Source of the DNA: Octopus sinensis
Lineage: Eukaryota
Direction: 5' to 3'
DNA: 64,000 bases
Assembly: GCF_006345805.1 (NCBI RefSeq)
Contig: NC_043016.1
Span: 1,302,001 to 1,366,000, forward strand
The translations under genes and the position numbers were made by a program. The notes under the pieces were generated by a model. It was not told where the DNA came from, did not search any database, and saw only the letters and a program-made list of their open reading frames with translations. Below, piece after piece: positions 11,141 through 24,340 of the stretch (position 1 is the first letter of the stretch; each line of letters opens with the position of its first letter).

Positions 11141-11977
11141 TTCAGTTTACTTCAAGGCGGTTTCTAACCTAGATCCAAGGTTCCTTCATTGGAATTTCAA
11201 CATCAACAACAGGGTGTTTTTGTTTGTTTGTATGTATATATGTATGTTTTATGTATGTATTCTCATGTATATAGTTACATATCGAGACATGCTTATATAT
11301 GTATATATGTCAGTACCTCAAATATAAAATTCTTCTTGAAGATGGAGGCTGGTGGTATCCAATGATGGAATTAAGTTGCAAGCATTATTTTGGACCACCA
11401 ACACCCCAGAAACAGTTGTTGGACTCGTAAAACTCCTATTGAACCCCCTTAATTCCGGATATTATTTCCGTTTTGGCTCGGACTTTGCTTATGTGCATAC
11501 GTATGTACATTTTCTGTATTAGATGTATTTAATATTTTTTGTATATCGACATGCCTAACTTGCTTGTCCTTTCATTTACTCCTCTACCTGCTCAAGTTCA
11601 AATTACTTTAGCACTTCGAAGTGTATTCTATATAGAGAATATCTGTCTCTAATCTATAAACTATATCCGTATGTGCGTATTAACTGTGAATTCATATATA
11701 CATACAAGTACAAACACATACGCACATAAACATACACACACATACACACATGTGTATATACGTACGTACAGATATAAATAGAAATAGTGAATTATTCACA
11801 ATACATATTCATATATATATATATGCGTGTGTAAACGTACTTCCATATAACGTATATGTATGAATCTCTTTATCTCTCTCTGTCTCCCCCTCTCTCACTA
11901 TATATATACATATACATATAGATACACACACACACGCACGCACGCACACACACACACACACACACCCACACGCACAC

Positions 11978-12029
<52 letters not shown>

Positions 12030-12033
<4 letters not shown>

Positions 12034-12420
12034 TAGAAGAAATGAGATACTCAGAAATCTTGGATGGTTTTATATTTACAGATATTTATTAGTATGGTAC
12101 ATGTTCTTATAAATCATATATCATATATATTAGCGCTTTCGTCCACTCTAGTGGAGTCTTCAGATTGAATATATGCGACAATTATTCGGTAGACATGATA
12201 AAACTCCGAGATTCGGATGTCGGGGCAGAGTTTTATCATGGCTACCGAATAATTTTCACATATTCTATTTACAGTTAAATTACTCTTTTTACATAATACC
12301 GAGGTCTCTTTCATTCTTTTGTTGTCTTGCCATTTCTATCAATATATATATATTTATCTTTCTTAAACTAGATATACGAATAATCAGAAATGAGAGTGTG
12401 TCGAAATGCTTTTTATTGTT
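12030..12420 (-). mobile_element. Penelope-like pLTR relic with degraded hammerhead (12127-12170)
   Basis: Minus strand CTGAAGA-C-TCCAC(TAGA)GTGGA-C-GAA-A(GCGC)T-A; stem I reduced to 2 bp; abuts (TA)n at ~11990-12030. Confidence 0.5.
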
Positions 12421-12734
12421 CTTCAATCATCTACAATGTAAGGGAGAGTAGAATCGGCCATTTAAACACGCAGTCTCGTCTACTGCCTGATCGGAAGTCT
12501 TTTTCCTGCGGACCAACTCGATAGCAAACCTGCAGTGAAAGTTCCTGTCTACAGTTCAGCTGTTATGAGTTCATGAGCAGTGTCCTACATGTAAGTGTAT
12601 ATATATATATACGTATGTATGTATATATCGTATGTATGAATGTATGTACGTATGTATGTATATGTGCAGATTTGTATGTTTTATTTTATGTATATATACT
12701 TATGCTTATAGTTGCATAACTATACATGCTCATT

Positions 12735-12990
12735 TATATAAATATAATGAACTTCTGGAAAGTTTTGCAGATTTTTACAGTTCCAGTGTTGGATTGGATA
12801 GTCCTCGAATTAGCATTCTCCTTTCTGATTCCGAGAAGCTTAATTTCTCAAGAAATACGTGTATAAACCTGAACATGAAACCTGGATAGAGTAAATGCAG
12901 ATTTCTCATTAGTTCAGCGTAGATATTCTTTTCTTCGCTGATCTTCGTTGAGCAGCTAATTTCCACAAGCTTACACTGTTTCTTTTCTCT
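12735..12990 (-). mobile_element. RLE LINE 3' fragment, subfamily D, in (CATA)n context
   Basis: CKLVEISCSTKISEEKNIYAELMRNLHLLYP; the ELMRNL.LLYP motif recurs at ~54760; (TATG)n on both sides. Confidence 0.7.
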
Positions 12991-13001
12991 GTATGAGTGT
13001 G

Positions 13002-13035
<34 letters not shown>

Positions 13036-13689
13036 TGTATGTATGTATGTATGTATGTATGTATGTATGTATGTATGTATGTATGTATGTATGTATCGTA
13101 TCGTATATATCCTTGCTATTTCAGAAAACGAAAAGAAAAAAAAACGTTACTGTTTCAGAAAACGAAAAAAAAAAATAGTCTCACCATTCCATTTCATTTT
13201 ACATCAACACTGTTTCAGATTAACAATAATTCTTTGTTGGGTGCACAAAATCGTAACTCTATACATGTATGATATTTTCGGTCAGAAATATTTTGGAAAT
13301 AACTGTTGTATGTGGGACTTACACACTTTCGAAAAATGCTTTAAACCGTTGTACAATTTTCATATCTTGGCATCTGAAGCAGCTGGAGATACTACGATAG
13401 TTTGACTAAAAGTACCAGCTATTGCAAGCAAAATTAAATATTGTAAAAAATGCATTTGGCCAAATTTGGATATACCATAGTTTAACATAATAGCAACGAT
13501 ACATACTTTATATTAAGGATACCATCGGTTTCATGATAGGAAATACCTCAACAATTACTTAAAACTATCGTATGGAAACATTGGTCTTCAATCTCCAGTT
13601 TGGAGCTTTGAGCCCTCATTCTCACTGTCTTCTTATCCACACACACATACACACATATATATATAGAGAGGGAATATACATACATATAT

Positions 13690-14095
13690 ATATATATAAT
13701 AGTTATCGCCATACTAATATGGCATTCTTAAAAATAAGAATAAAGCTGTCGCTGATTAGCTCCATGAAGCCATCGCCTCAAGCTAGCTACTTGACACACA
13801 AACTGCGTCCGTTATTAAACCTTCGAACAGGGGAGGTCAGCCGCTTCAACCTGCTAGTCCAACAGCTACAGACATGTTTCAGGGTTGTTGCCCTTTCTCA
13901 ATGCAGCCTAGTCAGACCTGCAGGTGTCGCTACTGACCGTCTCCGTTTCTAAGATTCTATTTACCTAGTTACGGTGGAATACATCCACTTGTGTTTTCAA
14001 TAATAGAAATATTAAAATTACTAAGTCTGTTTAAAAGAGATTACGACAGCGTTTCTGGAAATTAATAGTTATCGCTGTCGTAATCTCTTAAAAGA
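13690..14095 (-). mobile_element. Penelope-like pLTR module (same family as 1-575) with terminal hairpin
   Basis: Homologous to 1-268 and to the reverse complement of 375-575; 17-bp perfect inverted repeat 14035-14051/14073-14089; (TA)n on both sides. Confidence 0.75.
13865..13907 (-). ncRNA. Minimal hammerhead ribozyme, U3-A8 core variant
   Basis: GCTGCA-TTGAGAA-AGGG(CAACAA)CCCT-GAAAC(AT)GTC-TGTAGC; the core and helices differ from 112-152 only at N7 and by a G.U wobble in stem I. Confidence 0.75.
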
Positions 14096-14096
14096 T

Positions 14097-14129
<33 letters not shown>

Positions 14130-14440
14130 CTTTTTGCATTTTGCCAAAGCAAAATATTGTTATATTTCGGGACCGAGCATTGTATGCAATGGTAAAGGAA
14201 ACACAATTATGACACTGCCACTTTTATTCGATGTGACCACCACTGTTTCGAATCACAGCCTTATGTCTAGGTGCGAACGCTCCACACGCGGCAGGCAGAT
14301 GTTCTTGCAGAAACGTAGCCCATTCTTGGCGCGGTTTCAGAGTGTCGAGCGAATCATGAGGAGTGCTCGAGATTCTCGTCTCCAAAATGGACCAGACAGA
14401 AAAATCCTCCACATTCATAGGCAGGGATTCTTGAGGGTCA
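14130..14440 (-). mobile_element. maT/mariner-type transposase C-terminal remnant
   Basis: DFSVWSILETRISSTPHDSLDTLK..QEHLPAACGAFAPRHKAVIRNSGGHIE-stop in ORF 14224-14499. Confidence 0.7.
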
Positions 14441-14981
14441 TATATCCATGCCAATGAACCGACTGAATGCTTTTTTTTAATCCAATGGGATGGTACCAAT
14501 GTACCAACTCAACCACATATTTACAAACACCGGAAACTCTTTTAACTCAAAAAGTCCTGTCGGTTTGTTAGTGACGGGCTTGAACACTCTCAAGAATAAC
14601 TTATAATAGACTCAAAGACAAATCATACATACATGCATGCATACATAGAAATTACAGTATCATGGCCAATTCCTTGGTTTTATGCTACCAGAGCAGATCT
14701 GGTAACATTCGTCATTTGCAATAGGAACTAACCATATGCCAAATATGTTTTTTTTTTATTATAAACAATTTGCAAGTATTTTAATTTTACATTTTAATTA
14801 TAAATTGTAATCATTAATTTAATTAGGGATATCTACTTCTTCTTATTTAATTTACCACTAGATTGACTGATTTATAGATTGTTTAGCTAATTAGCTGTTT
14901 GTTGCGCTAGTCAGCACACTGACTAGGTGCACTGGCTGACAAACCAACAGTCCCGGTTCTTTACCTTTTGACCGACAGATT

Positions 14982-15488
14982 TAAACACTTTCAAACTTCG
15001 GACACTGGTAGAATGTGTAATATAAAACATCTTTAACTCTTCGCATTTTTGAGAAAAACGTGTATTTACGAAGTTATTTCACATTAAAGTGTTCGTATTT
15101 AGGTAATTTCAACCAATCAATGACGTGTATTCGACTGAATAAAATTACTGCTGTTATGTGTCAACAAGAACTTCCGGCGGTGTATATTTGGTTTGTCACT
15201 GTTATGACAACCCTAACCCTAACCCTAAAACCTTAAAAACAGTACAAACGCGCGAACGATGTCATAAATAACAGCGACAAATGAAATATACACCGCCGTT
15301 AGTTGTTGTTGACAAACAACAGCAGTAATTTTATTCAGCTGAATACACGTCATTGATTGGTTGAAATTACCGAATTACGAGAAATTTAAGGTGAAATATC
15401 ATAAATATAAGTTTTTCTCAAAAATGCTAAGAGTAAAATATGTTTTATATGACACATCCTACCAGTGTCCGAAGTTTGAATGTGTTTA
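14982..15488. mobile_element. Fold-back MITE with long imperfect TIRs and central (CCCTAA)3
   Basis: TAAACAC..TTCAAACTTCGGACACTGGTAG is mirrored at 15460-15488; inner arms (AACCAATCAATGACGTGTATTC; AATAAAATTACTGCTGTT) are also mirrored; CCCTAA x3 at 15211-15228. Confidence 0.85.
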
Positions 15489-15499
15489 GTTACAAAAAA

Positions 15500-16475
15500 T
15501 TATTTTGACGAAACTTCCAAAGGCAACAGTTTATCGTGTGTATAAACAATTTAAAGAAGAGGGAAAGATTGATAGGAAAGAACACAAGACTCGAAGTGAT
15601 TCCAAGTGCAATCCAAAGTTTTCCACCGGATAGAAGCCAGCCCATCTACATCCATGACAACACTTGCAAAGATACGTAATGTGTCCCTTTCCACGGTGTC
15701 CAAAACTGTGAACAAGAACCTTGGCATGACTAGCTATGTTCAACGACGTCGTAACTTCCTAACAGCCAAGGCCAAAGCATTCAGAACCGTGAGATGCCCA
15801 AAGCTTCTGTCATTCATCAAGCATCAAGATGCAGAAAAAACTCTTGTGCTTTTGAACGAGAAGAACGTTCACTGTGGATGCTGAAGTGAATCTCAGAAAT
15901 TCTCGGGTGATTGCATACAACCCTTATGACGTTCCCATTGTGTTTGAGTCTAAGAATCCTGCCTCTGTGATGGTATTTGGAGCATTAAATCTAGCTTGAC
16001 GATCGGCACAAAGGATTATCTGGCAAAAGAGTATCTGGACATCCTGAAGACCTCTCTGTTATCTTGGATAGAACAGAAGTTTGGGCTTGACAATGTGGTG
16101 TTTATGCAGGATTCTGCACCATACCATGGATCAAAATCCACACAGGTGTTCAGTAATAATCTAGATCTCAACCTTCTCGATTACATTTTATAGGGTGTAC
16201 TTCAAGCAACGCTTCACCACAGTCGAGCGCCAAAAGTTCGAAGACCATCATGTGTACAACACGCAAAATTAAAAAGGCAGAAGTTGCAGCAGCTGCAAAA
16301 AAATTTTGCTCTCGTGCGGAAGGAGTAATTTCCCAAAAAGGCGGTCATATTGAGTGATAAATCCTTTTGTTGTATAAATGTCACATTAAAATTATATGTC
16401 TACTACCATTATTTTAGTTTTTATAACCAGTTTTATACATTTTAAAAATTGTCTCAATTTATCTACAAGACCCTA
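15500..16475 (+). mobile_element. maT (DD37D-like) / Tc1-mariner transposase remnant with internal deletions
   Basis: HTH region TLAKIRNVSLSTVSKTVNKNLGMTSY; VMVFGAL; VVFMQDSAPYH; DLNLLDY; probable right end ..ACAAGACCCTATA. Confidence 0.75.
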
Positions 16476-16619
16476 TATATAGATAGCATAATAAGAGGAT
16501 AAAAATCATTAAAATTAATGAATTTCATTAATGGCCAGCATAAAATACGTTTATACAAGTATATAATTGTATATGGTACAATTATACTTATGGGCACAAA
16601 GGTTGTTATGCTTATATAC

Positions 16620-16900
16620 TGAAAGAGCACGCCGAATATGTCCTACCACTTCAAATATTCACTCCACAAATAATTACATAAGTTAAAAGCGGGAAAGCAG
16701 ACTTGCTAAAAATTCATAAAATAATTCAGTTAGTTTGGGATTAATCAATTTCTAGACAAGTTTAGTAATTTTTCCTTCGCCAGCAAAACACACTGGGCGA
16801 AATAAAATGAAAATATCTATATATAACCCACCACTCTGAAAGTATACACAAAATGCAAGAACATATTTGAAGTGGTAGGACGCATTAGGCAAGTTCTTTC
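16620..16900. repeat. Inverted repeat pair, possibly an old MITE
   Basis: Perfect 19-bp IR GTCCTACCACTTCAAATAT at 16640-16658 / 16863-16881, extending imperfectly outward by ~20 bp. Confidence 0.55.
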
Positions 16901-17189
16901 AGCATTTTGGCATAATAGCTTTTGTGCCCTTAAGTAAAATTGTACCCTATACAATTTTCTGTCTCTCTCAGATTCACAGACACATACAAACACACACATT
17001 TCTATTTGTGGATGCATCCACAGATGGAAATAAACTCCAACTTCATTCAACTAAAAGCTAAGATCGCCATGAGTCCAAATAAAATTAATAAAGCAAAAAA
17101 GTAAGCCTATCTAAATCTAAACGCAATCAATACCATTTAAACATAGGCCAGGCCTACACAACCTTAATATATATATATATATATAACAA

Positions 17190-18830
17190 AAAAGTGAAAA
17201 AACTACAGAAGGCTTGTGTTATATGGTTAAAGAATATATTTAAGTCGTTATGTTTGACAATACGTTTTACCATCAAAAATCCGGAATTGCTATGGGTACT
17301 AGGGCAGCACCAGTCATTGCCAAACTAACAATGGGCTACCTGGAGGTACTAATATTCCAGGAATCTTTATCTGCCTTTGGAAACCTTCTTTCCCTATACA
17401 TAAAAGAAAATTGGAAAAGATACCTTGACGACTGTTTTATACTCTGGAATGAAAACATAGATAAACTCATAAAATTCAAAAGCCTATTGAACAGCATCAA
17501 CCCAAACATATAGTTCACAATGGAGTACAACCAAAAAGAGCTTTCATTCTTCGATATACTAATTAAAAAAATAAACCTAAACATAGAAACGGACATATTT
17601 TACAAAACCACAGACGCCAAACAATATCTACTTTTTGATTCATGCCACCCAAGACACACTAAAACAAACATCCCTTTCAACCTTGTAAGAAGGATATGCA
17701 CAATAGTGTCAGAACACAATAGCAGAAAATTTAGACTGCTAGAACTCAAAAATAACCTAATTGGTAGACACTACCCAGTTCAACTCATAGAGGAGGGAAT
17801 CATACGTGCAACACAAATCGACATAGAATACTAAAAGAAAGTTCAACACAGTAACACAACCTCCCTGAAAATACTGCAGTACATATCCACATACAGTTCC
17901 TGAAACAAAGAAGCCTTCACCATCATCACACAGAATTTACCAATATAACATAAGGACCCCAAATTAAAGGAAATTTTACGCATACATAAAATCATTAAAA
18001 GCTACAAACAACCGAAATCACTAAAAAAGATCCTCACAAAGGCAAAATTATTTTCTGAAATAACGGAAGCAAAAATAAAAAAAAATGTGAGCGCAACATG
18101 TCCAAACCTTCTAGAAGGATTAGAATTCCTCTTTAAAGAGGAATAAGAATACAAAATCAAATCTAATTTTACTTGTGCTTCAGAAAACCTGATTTATGTC
18201 ATAAGATGCTCGGGCCGCCACCAAAACTATATAGGGTCCACGCTCAGACGCAGATGCACTCTACATCGACAGCATATTGCATTCCCAGAATACAGAATGA
18301 TACCCTTTAGTGAACATATTGAGAAATGCGCAAAGCAACTATTGCCACAATTTATAATCTTTCCATTCTATCAAAGTGCTATTGGAACACCAACACAAAT
18401 TAGATTAAACAAGGAAACCTTCTTCATTGAAAAATTAAGCCAAAACTTAACTATTTCTAACATTTTAAAATAAGGAAACTCACCTCATTAAAAAAGATAT
18501 AAAGCAAAACCTATTCTATTCCTTCTAAACTAAATCATGTTTAATTAGTCATTCCCAACCTGTTTGATTATCTCCCTTATAGCGGAAAAAATACCTGATT
18601 ATCTTCCCCTGCTTGAAACTCCATATTTCACAACACAGCGAAGATATAACACGATGTAGGTAAAGAAATTTGAGAAATTTGAAAAGAAAATACAAAACCG
18701 GTTATTTCTCCAAAAACTATGTTTCTCTACGTAAAGATTTATAACATTTTTCTAACATAACGATTTAAATATATTCTTTAACCATATAACAGAAGACTTC
18801 TGTAATTTTTTCACTCTTTTTTTATACGTC
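17190..18830 (+). mobile_element. Penelope-like element, 5'-truncated and degenerate (RT + GIY-YIG)
   Basis: YHQKSGIAMGTRAAP and WKRYLDDCF (RT); FYKTTDAKQYLLFDSCHP (PLE thumb); FTCASENLIYVIRC..NYIG at ~18165-18235 (GIY-YIG); follows (TA)n. Confidence 0.9.
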
Positions 18831-18844
18831 CAGCCACGTGATTT

Positions 18845-18945
18845 CACATACATATATACAACGGGCTTCTTTCAGTTTCCGTCTACCAGATCCACTCACA
18901 AGGCTTTGGACGGCCCAAGGCTATAGTAGAAGAGACTTGCCCATC
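18845..18945 (-). mobile_element. tRNA-SINE fragment (family of 56424-56575)
   Basis: Reverse complement resembles CAAGT.TCTTCTACTATAGC..GACCAAAGCC of the 56424 copy. Confidence 0.6.
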
Positions 18946-19190
18946 ATCCTTAAACAAACCTTTTGGGCAGAATGAGCTATTCAGCTTGAAGAAAATTCAA
19001 ACTGGGACCCACCATAAAGGTCATGCGTTGTTTATCTTCATAAGAGATCACCATGTCCCGCACATATGGTTGTGATGCATGTGGCTGGTGTACCCTTATC
19101 CGACGGGTAGTCATGATGGGCATGCTGGGCTTCATGTATTTGTACCTCAGTGTCACTTTGATGGAATGCCATTACTGTCTCTCTCTCTCA
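18945..19190 (+). mobile_element. (TAA)n-associated non-coding element, truncated and diverged
   Basis: Matches the 3' half of 31472-31990; followed by (CAA)/(TAA)n. Confidence 0.75.
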
Positions 19191-19231
19191 TTCAACAACA
19201 ACAACAACAATAATAATGCTAATAATAATAA

Positions 19232-19283
<52 letters not shown>

Positions 19284-19294
19284 TATAATAATAA

Positions 19295-19325
<31 letters not shown>

Positions 19326-19329
19326 AAAG

Positions 19330-20143
19330 CATGGTCAATTTCATAGGGATGTTGAAGTTAAGACAGAGAAAATGATGGCTGTGGTTGACTAAAACAGATT
19401 TAAAAGTGGAAACTGAAGTTCTAATCTATGCTGTTCAAGAGCAAGTACTAAGAACAAACTACATAAAATACAGAAGAGACAACACATCAGAAAGTGATAA
19501 GTGCAGAATCTGTGGACAAAAGATAGTGAAATCGTATGGCATATTACCAGCCAATGTACGTCACTAGCCCAGAAGAAATGTAAGAAACGCCACGACAGTA
19601 TAGCCAGGCTTGTCCATTGGACACTTTGCAACAAGTATGGACTTGACAGAGCAAAACATTGGTACGACCATAAACCTGAAGGCATGGTTGAAAATAGAAA
19701 TACAAAGATCCTATAAGATTTTATGATTCATTTGACAATGAAATAAGGAATAGGAAGCCGGGCATAGTCTTAATTGAGAAAAAAAGCAAACGAGGCTGGA
19801 TCATAGATATAGCATTCCCAGCTGACAACAAGGTATGCGATAAGGAAGAAAGCAAAGTCGAGAGACAGGTTAGCTTGGGAAGTTAGGCTGTTGTGGCCAA
19901 TGAAAAGGTGGTAGTAGTACCAATAATTGTCAGAGCCCTGGGAACAGTGAGTAAAAATGCTGAGAAGTACATGGAACAAATAGGGGCTGCAATGAGGGTG
20001 GAGCACTTGCAGAAAATAACACTGCTTGGAACCGCTCGAATATTTTGGAAGGTGCTCGAAAAATAAGAGGTGTTACCTTAGTTCACTGGTAGTGAACAGC
20101 TGACACTGTAGTACATCTCCAGCGTTAGAAGCTGTGCAAAGGC
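19330..20143 (+). mobile_element. R4/Dong-like RLE LINE 3' fragment, subfamily C
   Basis: KCRICGQ, RHDSIARLVHW.LC, IIDIAFPAD; 3' UTR ..GCTGTGCAAAGGC then (AAT)n. Confidence 0.85.
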
Positions 20144-20219
20144 AATAATAATAATAATAATAATATATAATAATAATAATAATATAATAATAATATCAAC
20201 AACAAAAACAATAATAATG

Positions 20220-20270
<51 letters not shown>

Positions 20271-20291
20271 TAATAATAATAATAATAATAA

Positions 20292-20386
<95 letters not shown>

Positions 20387-20420
20387 TGATGATGATGATG
20401 ATAAAAAGTCAAAACAAAAG

Positions 20421-22700
20421 AACTTAGTCACGGTTGTCACTGCAGAGCCTTCGCAGACGGAAGAATTGAGAGTTGGGGGTGGAGAGTTTGTTGAGTGTAG
20501 GGTGGGAGGAAGAGAAATGTTAGAGAAATAGAGGAATATTCATATATCTTATAATTTAGAACAAACAGTAAAAGGTTGTCATTATAGTACTCGGAGTTTC
20601 ATATGAGCGACGATATATACAGATGTATCAGATTGACGCTCGGGTAAGTGAAAATGTCTTTTACGGTTGGGGTCTACGCTCTTCAACAGAAAGGAATAAG
20701 TGAAAATAAACAGAGAGAATAAAAATAAAAAAAAACTTGGGGTAAAAAAACTAGCGTTGAAGCATGGCGATTGAATAGGAAAAGGTTGAAAGAAGGGGAG
20801 ATAATAAAGTATCGGTGTTTCAAAACGAAGGTGCGCATTCGTGTATGTATGGGAGAACGTGTGTGTGTGTATGGATAGGAGCTAGTGACTTTGACGTTTG
20901 TGGATATGTGCGTGTGTAAGTGTGCGCGTCTGTAACGTGTGGGTGTGTGGGTGTGCGGATGATGGTGTGTGGTGTGGGAAGTAGTCAGTGCTAGTGTATA
21001 TGGAGTGGTGTGGGTGGTGTGATGTGGCGTGGCGGTTTGATGTGGGTGAGTGTGTGTTATGGGGTGTGGGGACGTGGAGATGTGGTTTTGAGATATGGGT
21101 AAGGGTATGATGTGTGTGGGGTGCGTTGAGGTGGTATCAATGAAGTTAGGTGGGTAGGACTGATGAGAAGTGTCAGATGAAGAGAGGAGAAAAGAGGTGG
21201 TAGGAGTGAAGAGAGGAAGTAGGTGCCAGAAGAATGAGAGGAGAGGAGTCAGATGAAGAGAGGGGAGGAGTTGATCCCATGTGGCGCAAAGGATCGAAGA
21301 GAGAAGATTAATTCTTGTTCACGGCGAAGGCAGGAGTTCGGATAGCCCCTGTGCAAAGGCAATTCGAACACAGGCAGGTGTTGTAGGGAATTGCAGGTAG
21401 AGCGGAAATAGCGCGAGACCGCAGTGTCAATGCCGAGTCTGATATTTCGGAGGTGCTCCGCGAACTGGTCAGCCAAGTGGCGTCCCATTTGACCGACGTA
21501 CACAGAAGAGCAGGAGATGCAGTAAATGATGTTGTTAGATGTACAGGTAAAGTAATCGGCGATATGATAGGGACGATGATGGGTGCCTGTGAGGATGATG
21601 GTGTTGGAGAGGTAGGACAAGTGTGGCAGCGTGGGCGGGAGCAGGGGAACGAACCAGGCTGGTAGGTGGGGTTAGAGAAGAAACTGTGGACCTCAAGGTC
21701 ACGCAGGTTGTGGGCTCGTTTGAAGGAGGGAAGGAGTAGGTTGGGGAAGATGTACAAGGTGGAGGAGTTGGACAGGAGTCGCTGGAAGGCTCGGAGAATG
21801 GTGCGTTGGAGTTAGGTGGGTGAGGGCGAACGGGAACCGGGCAATGGCGAGGTTAGTGCGGGTACACAAAGTAAATGCACGGTCCACGGCACATGTCCTG
21901 GCAAGGGCTGTGTGGATAGTGGTGAGGGGATATCCACGAAGGGTGAAGTAGCGAGCCATAATTTGGAACTTAGTCACGGTTGTCACTGCAGAGCCTGCGC
22001 AGACGGAAGAATTGAGAGTAGGGGGTGGAGAGTTTGTTGAGTGTAGGGTGGGAGGAAGAGAAATTAAGGTAGGAGTGTGAGTCAGTGTTTGTAATGGATG
22101 GAGTGGTGTATGATGATAGAAATATCAAGAAATAAGGCGGAGAGCTGGCAGAAACGTTAGCACGCCGGGCGAAATGCTTAGCAGTATTACGATCAGAGTT
22201 CAAATTACGCCGAGGTCGACTTTGCCTTTCATCCTTTCGGGGTCGATAAATTAAGTACCAGTTACGTACTGGGGGCGATGTACTCGATTTAATTCCCTTT
22301 GTCTGTCCTTGTTTGTCCCCTCTATGTCTAGCCCCTTGTGGGCAATAAAGAAATAAGAAATATCGAGAAATGCGACGCAAGTGTTGGAAATAATGCAAGA
22401 GATTTCGAGAGCAGGATGAAAGTATTGGACAAAGGAGAGGAAGGAGTCTAGTTGTTTACGGGAGAGTGCTGTCGCACCGATACAGTCATCAATATAACTA
22501 CCGTATAGCTCGGGAGTGGGGCCGGTATATCGTGAGAATATTTGGGCCTCAACGTAGTCAACTAACAAGTTCGCATAGTTGGAGCCCATTCTCGTTTCCA
22601 TGGCCACTCCCGAGTTGTTGGCCAAAATCCCCCGCGAACGAGAAGTAGTTGAGGGAAAGAACAAGTTCGGTCAGACGAATAAGTGTGAAGGTGTCGTTTA
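20421..22700 (-). mobile_element. Penelope-like element (RT, thumb, GIY-YIG, 3' UTR/pLTR), degenerate, interrupted by a SINE
   Basis: GVAMETRMGSNYANL and YGSYIDDCIG (RT, ORF 22251-22664); FTCTSNNIIYCISCSSVYVGQMGRHLADQFAEH (GIY-YIG, ORF 21249-21620). Confidence 0.9.
22134..22355 (+). mobile_element. tRNA-derived SINE with 16-bp target-site duplication
   Basis: A-box-like TGGCAGAAACG, B-box-like GAGTTCAAATT; TSD AGAAATATC(A/G)AGAAAT at 22118-22133 and 22356-22371. Confidence 0.85.
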
Positions 22701-22784
22701 TTACATAGGCGCAAACGTAGCTGTGTGATAAGAAGCTTGCTTCTTGACCACACGGTTTCGGTCTCAGTCCCACTGCGCTTGATT

Positions 22785-23168
<384 letters not shown>

Positions 23169-23710
23169 CAACTATGTGTGTGTATGTGTGTGTGTGCTTG
23201 TGTTTTTTCTTTTTTTCTCATGGTAGCTACAGAACATTCACGTTTAAGTGGGGATAAATATTACCTCTCGGTATTAATGCGGTCTCTGTTGTTAATATAT
23301 ATACATATAAGTACGTAAATACGTAGAGCAAAAGTTGTATTTAAAGTGCAGAAATCTAATAACTTCATTAAAAGACTTAAGTAACGTGCATAAAAGACAA
23401 AAGAATAACATTGAAACAATACATCTGAGTTTAAACATACCAAGGCAAACCGAAGAATTGACTCGAAAAGCTGGTTGAGAACGACCACTTTGAAGGCATA
23501 AAATCATGTAAAATTTAGAAAATGCTATGGCACATCCCACCTTGATCTTTGCAATTAAATTTATGTTACAAGGAACTGCGGTTGAGTAATGTGTGTCACT
23601 ACAAAATCATAAAGGCTCGATATTGATGCACTCAACTGCTTCGTATGAAATTCTGTTTTTAGCATGTAAAGTATACTTCGTCGATCACACTGACTAATAT
23701 TATCTGTCAA

Positions 23711-23930
23711 AGTGGTGAGCTGGCAGAATAGTTTGCGCGAAAGGCAAAGTGCTTAGTGACATTTCATCCGTCTTTACATTCCGAGTTCAAATTCCGCCGT
23801 GGTTGATCTTGCCCTCCATTTTTTCGGGGTTGATAAAATAAGTGCCTGTCGAGCACTGGGGTTGATGTAATCGACTGGGTCCCTCCCACAAAATTGCCGA
23901 TCTTGTGCATAAATTTAAAATCAGTAATAG
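23711..23930 (+). mobile_element. tRNA-derived SINE (family of 22134-22355)
   Basis: GAGCTGGCAGAA..GAGTTCAAATTCCGCC..TTTCGGGGTTGATAAAATAAGT. Confidence 0.8.
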
Positions 23931-24253
23931 TATTAGTAGACTTAGAATTGCTTTCTAACTGAATACGGAGACGTTACTGAACCACTAAAAATTATGCAGC
24001 TACAATACTTCCTTAAGGCCCACAAAATTAATTTTAATGAACACTTTCCCATAACATATTATTATTTTGATATACTTGGGGATGGTCATATTTTGCCAAT
24101 TATACACACGCTCTATGTATTTGGTGTTCACTTTAGGTGTATTATTATTTTAGATGCTCTGTCTAAGTCACATCCTGTGACTTCTTCAACGACTCCCTAT
24201 CTCACATTTTCGTTTAGCACCTTATAACCTAAATACACACACACATACACACA

Positions 24254-24290
<37 letters not shown>

Positions 24291-24340
24291 CACAAACACA
24301 CACACACACGCACACACACACATATATATCAATATATATA

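Noticed and set aside
11331-11424. TTGAAGA...GAAACAGTTGTT hammerhead-like trace
   Set aside because: Core mismatch without compensation and a weak stem I; at most a decayed relic.
12437-12589. TGTA...TACA 153-bp solo-LTR-like segment
   Set aside because: No target-site duplication and no second copy in the window.
15211-15228. True telomere or telomere-fusion scar
   Set aside because: Only three units, located inside a MITE.
20585-20635. Minus-strand CTGATAC...GAAACTCCGAGTA in the PLE 3' region
   Set aside because: Two core changes and no stem I; not callable.
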